Assembly (NCBI GenBank): GCA_021824345.1
Contig: JAKAKW010000011.1
Coordinates: 9,074 to 73,073 of the forward strand
From: a bacterium
GTDB taxonomy: Bacteria; Patescibacteriota; Minisyncoccia; Phycocordibacterales; UBA9973
DNA length: 64,000 nt
Direction: 5' to 3'
Positions 38,214 through 46,926 of the stretch are shown here, piece by piece (within the stretch, counting starts at the first letter, position 1; each line of letters opens with the position of its first letter). The notes under the pieces were generated by a model. The model was given only the letters and a program-made list of their open reading frames with translations. It was not told the origin of the DNA and did no database searches. Position numbers and translations under genes: made by a program.

Positions 38214-40415
38214 TTAACCGCCCGCCTGTTCCGAGAACTTTTTTCGGATATCCTTCAAAATCTGGCCCGCGATTTTCGGATTTTCTTTCAAAAATGTCCG
38301 AGTGGAATCGTAGCCCCGTCCGAGCTTCACTTCCTCTTCGCCATCCGGCTTGCCCGCCTGCCCGGTTGGCTTGTATGAATACGAACTGCCGGACTTTTCC
38401 AAGATCTTAAACTTTTCTCCGAGGGCGATGAGTTCGCCTTCTTTGGAGATGCCTTCGTTATAAATGATGTCGAATTCCGTCTGCTTGAACGGCGCGGCTA
38501 CTTTGTTTTTTACCACTTTCACTCGTGTTCGCGATCCCACCACTTCTTCTCCTTTCTTTATTTGGGCGATGCGCCGGATGTCCATTCGAACACTTGTGTA
38601 AAACTTAAGAGCCTTGCCTCCGGGCGTTGTTTCCGGCGAGTTGCTGACCAGGCAGCCATCCGCAAAATAATTGTGGTTATCAGCGACGCTTATATCAAAT
38701 CTTTGCCGGCTTATCCTCTGGCCATCATGGTACGGCGTACGGGTTCTGATTTCTTTTATTATCATCGGGCGCAATATCTGGCTTTGCTTTGATTGTTGAG
38801 GATCCGTCTGATGATAGCGCCCGCGGTATTTTTCAGGAAGCTTGTATTCCATGGACTTAGGAACGAAAGGGGATATCAGTTCAAAGAATTTATCCGACTC
38901 TGCGGCACTAAAACCCAGCACTTGATATTCTCCGCATTTCCTCCATTTGGGCGCAATATCATAGCGGGCGAATATCCGGTTGATTCTGTCAACGCTCTCC
39001 GGCTGATTTCCGAAGGCGTTGGCGTACAGCCCGGCTCTCGGCCGCCGCGCGTACCATTTTCCTTTCCATTCTGAAAGTCCGGTCTGCATTGTTCCGTCTC
39101 CGCAGTACCATAAAGCTATCATGCGAGGAGTAATTTGCTCCACCAAAAACTCCGGCACGATCTTTTTTTGTTGCGGATAAAACAGTCCGTGTAGGTCTCC
39201 GATGCGCAGAAGATGTTTGGTTTCCACAATGGCATTTCCCCTAGAATTTTCCATTACGACATTGCTGGCGATATCGCCCAATTCCTCTGCGAGCCATGAC
39301 ACGTATTGGGATTGTTCTGCTCCATGTTCCTCCCTGAAATATGCGGTTTGTTCGTTAAATTTCTTAATGTTTCCATCTCCCAGCAAAGAGCCGATGATAA
39401 TCTCCTCTTGTTCCGGGGAGAGGTCTATATTATTTATATTCACTGATATCTCATCTCCGGCTTTCAGTTCCTTGGCCTTTTTCCAGCCAGCCGGCGTATA
39501 TATTTTGTGGTCGGGAGTGCAGGAAAATCCTCTTCGTCCGTTTCCCGTATGGTTTTGAACAAAAAACTGCAAGAATGAATCCGTTTCTCCGTTTATGTGC
39601 CAGTCAGTTATGAACTTTGCTTCTACGCATTTCTTTTCAAAATTATAAGAAAGCACCTTCACTTTTTTAGTTTGATTGACAATTTTCCCGATTTTTTCTT
39701 TCGTTCCGTCGGCCAGCAGCACTTTCGTATCGTAGGAAAAACATCCGAACATCACCCCGATCTGCATTCTGATTTGGTTTATGAAAATCACTACGGTCTT
39801 GCTTCGCGCCACGATTGCCGTGAGCTTGCGCAGAGCTTGGGACATAAGCCGGGCCTGCTTGCCCACATGATATGCTCCCATATCTCCCTCGATTTCATCT
39901 TTTGGAGTAAGGGCTGCCACCGAGTCCACCACCACCACGTCAATCTTGCCGGTGCGCACAAGCGATTCCACTATTTCCAGCGCCTGTTCTCCGGTATCCG
40001 GCTGGGAAATCAGGAGTTCGTTTATGTTGACGCCGAGACGTTTGGAATATTCCGGATCCATGGCATGCTCCGCGTCAATGTACGCGCATATTCCGCCTTT
40101 CTTTTGCGCCTCCGCCACTATATGCAGGGACAGGGTAGTCTTCCCGCTGGACTCCGGGCCGAAAATTTCGATAATCCTTCCGCGGGGAATGCCTCCGACC
40201 CCCAAGGCCATATCCAGGCCGATTGAGCCCGTGGGTATTACGTTCACATCCACCTTCGGGGTATCCCCGAATTTCATAATAGTGCCTTCGCCAAACTTGG
40301 TCTGCAGGGCTTTCAGGGTGTCTTCCAATCCTGAAGCGTTTCCGCCTTTTCCGGCGGAACCCTTTTTTTCTTCACTTATTTCCTTCTGGGGGTCGGTTTT
40401 TGTTTTTTTAGGCAT
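38214..40415 (-). CDS. recA: RecA precursor containing an intein
   Basis: [20 protein letters not shown] and NQIR motifs; IGVMFG|intein|SPETTPGG. Confidence 0.97.
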   Translation of the reverse strand: MPKKTKTDPQKEISEEKKGSAGKGGNASGLEDTLKALQTKFGEGTIMKFGDTPKVDVNVIPTGSIGLDMALGVGGIPRGRIIEIFGPESSGKTTLSLHIVAEAQKKGGICAYIDAEHAMDPEYSKRLGVNINELLISQPDTGEQALEIVESLVRTGKIDVVVVDSVAALTPKDEIEGDMGAYHVGKQARLMSQALRKLTAIVARSKTVVIFINQIRMQIGVMFGCFSYDTKVLLADGTKEKIGKIVNQTKKVKVLSYNFEKKCVEAKFITDWHINGETDSFLQFFVQNHTGNGRRGFSCTPDHKIYTPAGWKKAKELKAGDEISVNINNIDLSPEQEEIIIGSLLGDGNIKKFNEQTAYFREEHGAEQSQYVSWLAEELGDIASNVVMENSRGNAIVETKHLLRIGDLHGLFYPQQKKIVPEFLVEQITPRMIALWYCGDGTMQTGLSEWKGKWYARRPRAGLYANAFGNQPESVDRINRIFARYDIAPKWRKCGEYQVLGFSAAESDKFFELISPFVPKSMEYKLPEKYRGRYHQTDPQQSKQSQILRPMIIKEIRTRTPYHDGQRISRQRFDISVADNHNYFADGCLVSNSPETTPGGKALKFYTSVRMDIRRIAQIKKGEEVVGSRTRVKVVKNKVAAPFKQTEFDIIYNEGISKEGELIALGEKFKILEKSGSSYSYKPTGQAGKPDGEEEVKLGRGYDSTRTFLKENPKIAGQILKDIRKKFSEQAGG
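38640..39743 (-). mobile_element. 368-aa intein with a LAGLIDADG homing endonuclease
   Basis: N-terminal CFSYDTKV; block B TPDH; IIGSLLGDG and ALWYCGDG motifs; HNYFADG...VSN followed by Ser+1. Confidence 0.95.
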
Positions 40416-40420
40416 AGCTA

Positions 40421-40765
40421 TTAAAACGTTAATTTATAATACTTTTCATCCTTATGGCCGAATTTGTCTTCGGCTTGGATTACCATCATATTATACCCCG
40501 GAAGCAGGGCCACCGTATCTTCAAAATTACCCTTTTCATCTATAGGTATTTCCCGTCCGTCCAGGTACAGTTTCAAGGCATTTTCCGCGCTTCCTTTTAC
40601 TTTCATTATCCCGTCCCGGGTCTGGTCTCGTTCTGCGATGTTTACGTCTTGTATCTTCACCCCGAAGACCAAAGCCTTGGTCCGATAGAAAGCGTACAAT
40701 ACTATTAATAAAGAAAAGATAAAGAAAATGGAGATCTTCAGCAGTTTCTTCGCGTCAGTGGTCAT
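40421..40765 (-). CDS. Membrane-anchored small Ig-like protein
   Basis: N-terminal transmembrane helix; V.G.A.N...L.LDGR...G.F...V.LLPGYN...I.A.D. Confidence 0.75.
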   Translation of the reverse strand: MTTDAKKLLKISIFFIFSLLIVLYAFYRTKALVFGVKIQDVNIAERDQTRDGIMKVKGSAENALKLYLDGREIPIDEKGNFEDTVALLPGYNMMVIQAEDKFGHKDEKYYKLTF

Positions 40766-43014
40766 GGCATATTCTCGCCGTTCTCATCGCGGGTGATTTT
40801 TTCAAGCACTTCCCGGGGCTTTGCGCCTTCGCCCGGTCCCACCACTCCGTGTTCCTCCAGCTGATCCATAAGGCGCGCCGCCCGAGCGTAGCCGAGCTTT
40901 AGCTTTCTCTGCAAGAATGAAGTGGAAGCCTTGCCCGCTTCTATTACGCACTGGCGAGCTTCCTCGTACATTTCATCTTCTTCCTCTCCGCCGTCCAAAG
41001 TGCTCTCAAAAATGCTCTTGTCGGGAGATATGGAACCCTCGGAGAGGGAAATTTCATCACCAAGCTCCTCTTTATACGCATCTGAGAGGAATTTAACCAC
41101 TTTCTTTACTTCGCCTTCGGAAATGAAGGCGCTCTGCAAGCGTTCTATGGAAGAAACTCCGGAAGCGTAAAGCATATCGCCTGCGCCCAAGAGCTTTTCT
41201 GCCCCGCCGGCGTCAAGAATGGTGCGAGAGTCTATTTGAGAAGAAACTTTCAGGGCGACTCTTGCCGGAATGTTTGCCTTGATAAGTCCGGTGATTACGT
41301 TCACTTCCGGCCGCTGGGTGGAAAGCACCAAATGGATGCCGACCGCCCTAGACATTTGGGCCAGACGCACTATGGCCGCTTCCAATTCGCGGGGATAGGC
41401 GCTCATAATATCCGCCAACTCATCGATGATAATCACTATGTAGGGCATGCGATCTTCCCCGGATTCTTCCATGATTTCACCTTCGTCATCCGTTTTCTGC
41501 TTTTTTTGCTTTTTGCCCCAAACATTCTGGTGGTACGACTCAATATCGCGCACTGATTCGGCCTCCAGGATATCATAACGGCGATCCATTTCCTTGGCAG
41601 CCCATTTAAGCGCCAAAATGGCTTTCTTTGCGTCGGTTATCACCGGCGTAAGCAAATGGGGAATGTTCTTATATAGAGTGAGCTCCACTCTTTTCGGATC
41701 TACCATTATGAATTTAAGGTCTTCCGGGCTATTGCGATAGAGGAGGGAAACGATCATGGCATGAATAGTGACAGATTTTCCCGCTCCCGTCGCTCCAGCC
41801 ACCAAAATATGGGGCATTTTTGCCAAATTTCCGAATACCGCCCGGCCCGCAATAGAACGGCCCAGGGCAATGGTCAGGGGCTTCGCAGATTTCTGGAATT
41901 TTTCGTCTGACAGCATATTCGCCAGTCCCACGATAGATTTCGCCTTGTTCGGTATTTCAATTCCAACCAAAGATTGTCCCGGGATGGGGGCTTCTATGCG
42001 GATGGGGTGGGCGGCCAGGGCAAGGGAAAGGTCGTTCTGCAGAGCGACAATGCGGGAAAGCTTCACTCCCTCGGCCGGTTTCAAAGCATAGCGGGTTACG
42101 GTGGGCCCGATGGTAATCTCGTCCATCTCCACTTCAATTCCGAAGTTCTGGAGCGTTCGCTTTATTATCACAGAATTCGCTTTCACATCGCCGGTGTTCG
42201 GCTTGCCCATGTCTCCCTCCAAGAGGGAAAGGGGCAGGCCGGAATACCCGACAGCCACGGCCCGGCGTTTCGGAGAAATCTTTTTGAAAAATCCGGCCTC
42301 CTCTTCCTCTTCTCCCTTCTTTGTTCCGGTTTCGCTTTTCTTTTCGTTCCTGCCGGCATTTTCCGCGGCTTCCATTTTCTTTTCTTCCGCGCTCTCGGCC
42401 AAGGGAAGAATGACCGTATCCGATTCTTCGTCGTCTCCGCTTTCGATTGATTCCAATTTTTGATCAAGAGCTCTCTTGTTGCTGGTCATCGCCTGCCAGA
42501 GCTTTTTGAAAGTCGGCGCCAGGTTGGGCTTTGCGTCAAACATGGCCAAAATGGAAACGATAACTATGGCTCCCAAAAAGACAATGCTTGCATATACATC
42601 AAACAGGGAAACAAATGGAACCCCCAGAACTTCCCCCAGCACTCCGCCCGCATGATTGCGGGAGACCGCGTCGATTATTCCGAGCCCGGCAAGTATGAAC
42701 AATACGGAAGCGAACATTTGCATAATGCCGAAGCGGGAATCTTCTTCTTTTAAAAAAGAAACTCCCAGAAGCACGAACAAAATCGGGATGATGATGTATC
42801 CCACTCCCACCAGATAATGCAAAGCGTCGTAAGCGGCCGAGCCGGCCTTCCCGGCCAGGTTAAAGAGAGACATCAGAAAAAAAACTGCCAGCGCGAAGAA
42901 GATGATTGCCGCGATGCCGTGTTTAGTTTCTGATTTCAGACGGGCTCCGCCGCCGCTTCCTTGACGATTTTTTGCGGAAGCGGACCTGTTTTTCTTCTTG
43001 CTGTTTTTTGCCAT
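40762..43014 (-). CDS. ftsK: DNA translocase FtsK/SpoIIIE
   Basis: N-terminal transmembrane segments; PHILVAGATGAGKS, IIDELAD, TQRP; gamma domain LQRKLKLGYARAAR. Confidence 0.97.
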   Translation of the reverse strand: MAKNSKKKNRSASAKNRQGSGGGARLKSETKHGIAAIIFFALAVFFLMSLFNLAGKAGSAAYDALHYLVGVGYIIIPILFVLLGVSFLKEEDSRFGIMQMFASVLFILAGLGIIDAVSRNHAGGVLGEVLGVPFVSLFDVYASIVFLGAIVIVSILAMFDAKPNLAPTFKKLWQAMTSNKRALDQKLESIESGDDEESDTVILPLAESAEEKKMEAAENAGRNEKKSETGTKKGEEEEEAGFFKKISPKRRAVAVGYSGLPLSLLEGDMGKPNTGDVKANSVIIKRTLQNFGIEVEMDEITIGPTVTRYALKPAEGVKLSRIVALQNDLSLALAAHPIRIEAPIPGQSLVGIEIPNKAKSIVGLANMLSDEKFQKSAKPLTIALGRSIAGRAVFGNLAKMPHILVAGATGAGKSVTIHAMIVSLLYRNSPEDLKFIMVDPKRVELTLYKNIPHLLTPVITDAKKAILALKWAAKEMDRRYDILEAESVRDIESYHQNVWGKKQKKQKTDDEGEIMEESGEDRMPYIVIIIDELADIMSAYPRELEAAIVRLAQMSRAVGIHLVLSTQRPEVNVITGLIKANIPARVALKVSSQIDSRTILDAGGAEKLLGAGDMLYASGVSSIERLQSAFISEGEVKKVVKFLSDAYKEELGDEISLSEGSISPDKSIFESTLDGGEEEDEMYEEARQCVIEAGKASTSFLQRKLKLGYARAARLMDQLEEHGVVGPGEGAKPREVLEKITRDENGENMP

Positions 43015-43064
43015 GTTGATTACATTTTATCACAGTTTGAAGTTGTCATAAAGATGGAATGAAT

Positions 43065-43325
43065 ATCAGCCTGCGTCCGCCTGTCTTCCGAAAGCGAGCG
43101 AGAATTGTTTGGAAGGGGGTTGAAAATAGCTCTCCGCGAATCATTGCGCAGGAGTCTATCAGAGATACTGATTGGAAAGGCAAATATTTGCCTTTGAGCG
43201 GGTTGCAAGCCCGAGCGGGCACGGTTCGAGTCCGCTGGCAAGCGGACGAGAGAGCGAGGGCAAGACCCCTGAGCCGCCTCGCTGGGGTGGCGAGGAAAGC
43301 GAGAAGGCAGAATATTTGCCTTTCC
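43065..43325. repeat. Two adjacent fold-back elements rich in GAGC/GCGA motifs
   Basis: CCTGCG/CGCAGG-closed unit (43070-43152); second unit closed by GGAAAGGCAAATATTTGCCTT / AAGGCAGAATATTTGCCTTTCC (43174-43325). Confidence 0.75.
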
Positions 43326-43366
43326 TTACTTGTAGAGCCATTGCTTTTTTCCTTGTCCTATATATA

Positions 43367-44215
43367 ATGGACAACATGCAAGGCGAGGGAGACAACATAA
43401 AGGACACTCTCAAGGACTCCTTAAAGGACACGAATTCCGCGCCTATTTCTATTGATTTTTCTCCCATTTCAGTTGGCACATACAACAAGACTGGCAAGCT
43501 TATTGCGGCTCTCTATATGGTAACAGACATAATGGACAGGGAAGAGCCCATAAGGGGCAGATTGAGAGCCTTGGGTTCGTCCATCTTATCGGACGCGTAT
43601 TTGCTCGCCACTCCGTATAGGACAGGTTCTCTTCCCAAATCATCCGATGTCCTTGAGATAGAGAGAAAAGTAATGGAGCTTGTTTCATTCCTTGAAATTT
43701 CTTCTTCCGTCGGAATGATTTCCGAGATGAACTCAAATATCTTAAAAACCGAGTTTCTTGAATTGAAACAGTCTTTAAAGGTTTTGGATACCGATCTCGA
43801 GTGGTTGCAGAAATTCTTTGATAAGAACCATAATCATTCTTCGGAAGAAATATCCGGCACCTCTGCCAATCGCCGGTTTAGTTACCTTCCAAATCGCGCT
43901 CAATCTGAACAAAATGACTCTCAAAATGTCCAAAAGAAAAATACCGAAATTCCTGAAAAAATGTCCGATAGGAACAATGGAAATTCCGTAAAGGACATGG
44001 AGGTTCTTAAAGGACAAAGAAGGGAAGGAATTATAAAAATCGTTAAAAATATGCCGGAAGGAGCCACTATAACGGACATTCGATCAAAGGCGACAGGTTC
44101 CTTGCTTTCCTGCGGGGAGAAGACCCTCCAGAGGGAGCTCTCAGCCATGGTAAGCGACGGTGTCCTTAAGAAAGAGGGGGAGAAGAGGTGGAGCCGCTAT
44201 TATATCAATAATTGA
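43367..44215 (+). CDS. Hypothetical protein: four-helix-bundle-like N-terminal domain, linker, C-terminal winged HTH
   Basis: YNKTGKLIAALYMVTD...ELVSFLEISSSVGMIS; C-terminal RREGII...TITDI...EKTLQRELSAMVSDGVLKKEGEKRWSRY. Start moved to ATG 43367 because the upstream extension is repeat DNA. Confidence 0.8.
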   Translation: MDNMQGEGDNIKDTLKDSLKDTNSAPISIDFSPISVGTYNKTGKLIAALYMVTDIMDREEPIRGRLRALGSSILSDAYLLATPYRTGSLPKSSDVLEIERKVMELVSFLEISSSVGMISEMNSNILKTEFLELKQSLKVLDTDLEWLQKFFDKNHNHSSEEISGTSANRRFSYLPNRAQSEQNDSQNVQKKNTEIPEKMSDRNNGNSVKDMEVLKGQRREGIIKIVKNMPEGATITDIRSKATGSLLSCGEKTLQRELSAMVSDGVLKKEGEKRWSRYYINN

Positions 44216-44327
44216 CAACGTATTTTCTCGTGTTCTAAATATGGGCGAAGGTAACATTTAAAGGCCGGATTTCGTCATATATGTCAGATTGCAGATTTCC
44301 AAAAAATATGCAATCATGTGTAAGCCT

Positions 44328-44352
44328 TGTGGATAAGGCTTATTTATCCACA
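44328..44352. promoter_or_regulatory. Inverted pair of perfect DnaA boxes
   Basis: TGTGGATAA (44328-44336) and TTATCCACA (44344-44352). Confidence 0.65.
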
Positions 44353-44657
44353 TAATATATTGCCGTATAGTCGCGTGCAGTATATTATATTGTTACTGCA
44401 AATTATGGACGAAAAAAGGCGTGCGAAAGCGCGCTGATTTGGGTCCACAATTTGCGTTTAGTTTTAATCTGTCCATTGTTTCTCGGTCCGCCTAGGCGGG
44501 GAAACAATGAAAGATAGAGACATGCGCTTTTAGTTTTGTCCTCTCATATTAAAAATGTCAGGACAAGTCGAAACTAAATTAATGGCGCATAACCCCTGTG
44601 GAGGTTTCTTAAAAATTATAAGTTTAGGAAACGGCCTCGGGATTAATAATTAACATT

Positions 44658-46823
44658 ATGAGTAATTTATCAAAATCAAAAGTCCTCTTGGGATTGGCGA
44701 TCGCGGTTGCAGTTCTTGTTGTCGGAGGTACCTTCGTCAGCGCTGCTTACACCCAGACTGTCACTCTTAAGCAGGGCATGACCAGCCCTCAAGTTTTGAG
44801 CCTTCAACAGACTCTTAACGCCAATGGCTATCTGATCGCCACCACCGGCGCGGGATCTCCTGGAATGGAGACCTCTTACTTTGGTTCTAAGACCAAGTCC
44901 GCTGTTATGGCTTTCCAGACCGCTAAGGGCCTGACTGCAGACGGAGTTGTCGGTCCTCAGACCGGCGCCGCTTTGGCTGCTTTGACTGGAACCACGTCTT
45001 CCTCCGGACTTCCGGCTGGATGCACCTCTGCCACCGGTTATAGCGCCACCACGGGCCAGCCTTGCACTTCCACTTCCAGTTCTTCGACTCTTCCGGCCGG
45101 TTGTACTTCAACCTCCGGTTACAGTCCTACCACTGGCGTAAAGTGCGACAGCACCACGTCTACGACTCTTCCGGCCGGTTGTACTTCAACCTCCGGTTAC
45201 AGTTCTACGACCGGTGCGAAGTGTGATGGAACTTCAACCCCCACCACTACTTCCGGAACCAGCGGTTATCTGTCCAATATAGTCAATGATTCTGCCAATC
45301 GTGTTTCCACGGTGTACGAATCTCAGACTGATCAAGTAGTGGGCGGATTCCAGGCTACGGCCAGCTTGGCTGACCAGACGGTGACCCGCGTTCGTGTTAC
45401 TTTCAATAACACTGACACCGTGTCTTCCGCTGACCTTGCTAAGTACATTTCCAGCGCTTCTCTGTGGTACGGTTCTACCAAGATCGCGACCATGCCTGTT
45501 TCTCAGGCTGACCGCTCCAATGCCGATGTCTTTACTTTTAACTTCACCGGCTTGAGCGCGAAGATCCCTGCGGAGCAGATCGGACACTTCTACGTTTCCG
45601 TTAGCGCCAATGGTTCAATTGACACCAACGACACTTCTGCCGCTTGGACGGTTAAGTTCGTGGCTTCTGGCGTGAGCGCTACGTCTCCTGATGGAACTTA
45701 CGACACTTATCCTTCTTCTGACCTTACCGCTCAGACCAGCCTTGGATTCGGCAAATTTGCCGCTCAGGGCGTAAAGGCTACTGTCAACCTGTCTTCCAGC
45801 AATCCTGCTGCCAGTTCAGTTGCAGTATCCAGCTCGGCTTCCACCACGGATGTCCCGCTGTTGGCCTTCACCATTCAGGCGACCAACTCTGATCTGACCT
45901 TGAGAAAGGTTCCGATCCAGGTTGTGGCCAGCGCGGACGGAGTAGGAAAGATCATCAGCACCTTGAAGCTGTATAAGGATGGAACAGTAGTTGATTCCGT
46001 TGACGCCACCAGTGGCGAGTACACTGTTACCAGCGGAGCCATCACTTCCACCAATGCAGCCAGCGCTACTGCTACCACTGCGGGTTACTTCTTCAGCAAC
46101 ATTTCGTCTCCTTACAACGTAATCAAGGCCGGTACTACCGCCGAATTCGTCATTAAGGCTGACGTTAAGTCTCAGAGCAGTAACTACACCGCGGGCGATA
46201 CGCTTACCGCTTCCTTCACCAATGCTGACGCTATCACCACGAACTTCTCTGTTCTGGATGGCAGCGGCAATCAGCTTACCACCGGCTCCACCTATCGCGT
46301 AGGTTCGGCTGTGGGTAATGTTCAGACTCTTCTGATTAACGGCGTGAACGTTGTGATGGGTACGGCTACTATGAGTCAGCCTACTTACAGCGGAAGCGGT
46401 GCTACCAAGACCGCCAGCGCTTCCTGGACGATTCCGGTCACCGTGACCGCCTTCGGACAGACCTTGTATGTCGGTCAGACCGTTCAGTTGGCTTCTACCG
46501 CGACGGCTTCCAATGCCTTCGCAGTGACCTTCTTTGACGGAGCTACCCCGACTACGGCTGACACTACGTCTTCAGCTACCTTGTCTATGACCACTTCTGA
46601 TGCTACCTTGGAGAGCAATGGTTATCGTTTGGATAGCGGAACGGCTAAGCACTTCACTTTGACCGTGCTTATGACCGCTCCTGCTACCGCCGATCACCAG
46701 TATGGAGCATGGATTCAGCAGATTCGCACTTTCACCTCTTCCGATATCGGAACTGGTGCTGCGAACCAGAGCTTGGTTCCTGCAACTTCCTTCAAGACCG
46801 GCATTCAGAAAGTCCACAGCTAA
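44658..46823 (+). CDS. Peptidoglycan-binding-domain surface protein, S-layer-like
   Basis: Signal peptide; PG_binding_1-like LQQTLN...YFGSKTKSAVMAFQ..KGLTADGVVGPQT; three LPAGCTS..GYS.TTG..C repeats; strongly biased codon usage. Confidence 0.85.
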   Translation: MSNLSKSKVLLGLAIAVAVLVVGGTFVSAAYTQTVTLKQGMTSPQVLSLQQTLNANGYLIATTGAGSPGMETSYFGSKTKSAVMAFQTAKGLTADGVVGPQTGAALAALTGTTSSSGLPAGCTSATGYSATTGQPCTSTSSSSTLPAGCTSTSGYSPTTGVKCDSTTSTTLPAGCTSTSGYSSTTGAKCDGTSTPTTTSGTSGYLSNIVNDSANRVSTVYESQTDQVVGGFQATASLADQTVTRVRVTFNNTDTVSSADLAKYISSASLWYGSTKIATMPVSQADRSNADVFTFNFTGLSAKIPAEQIGHFYVSVSANGSIDTNDTSAAWTVKFVASGVSATSPDGTYDTYPSSDLTAQTSLGFGKFAAQGVKATVNLSSSNPAASSVAVSSSASTTDVPLLAFTIQATNSDLTLRKVPIQVVASADGVGKIISTLKLYKDGTVVDSVDATSGEYTVTSGAITSTNAASATATTAGYFFSNISSPYNVIKAGTTAEFVIKADVKSQSSNYTAGDTLTASFTNADAITTNFSVLDGSGNQLTTGSTYRVGSAVGNVQTLLINGVNVVMGTATMSQPTYSGSGATKTASASWTIPVTVTAFGQTLYVGQTVQLASTATASNAFAVTFFDGATPTTADTTSSATLSMTTSDATLESNGYRLDSGTAKHFTLTVLMTAPATADHQYGAWIQQIRTFTSSDIGTGAANQSLVPATSFKTGIQKVHS

Positions 46824-46861
46824 TCTAGCTTTGGCATAGGTCCAGTACAATAAAAGTACGC

Positions 46862-46888
46862 AAAAAACCGCCTTCGGGCGGTTTTTTG
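46862..46888 (+). terminator. Intrinsic terminator
   Basis: AAAAAACCGCC-TTCGG-GCGGTTTTTT region: GC stem with a UUCG-type loop and T run. Confidence 0.88.
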
Positions 46889-46926
46889 TTTTTGTGTTTC
46901 AACTGTTTTATTTGTATAATGTACGA

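Noticed and set aside
43196-43250. tRNA-like GGTTCGAGTCC T-loop and TTGCAA anticodon-like loop
   Set aside because: No acceptor stem, D-arm or CCA end could be built. The segment lies within a fold-back element.
43285-43303. GAGGAAAG resembling the RNase P RNA conserved region
   Set aside because: It continues CGAG rather than TCC, and I found no matching 3' conserved region.
43172-43366. ORF-track extension of the wHTH gene
   Set aside because: It translates the fold-back element. ATG 43367 is the more plausible start.
43367-44215. Avd-like four-helix bundle suggesting a diversity-generating retroelement
   Set aside because: No reverse transcriptase in the window, and no template/variable repeat pair differing only at adenines was seen.
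44216-44657. Possible oriC (DnaA boxes, long intergenic region)
   Set aside because: Only two perfect boxes, no dnaA/dnaN nearby and no clear unwinding element. Skew cannot be judged from this window.
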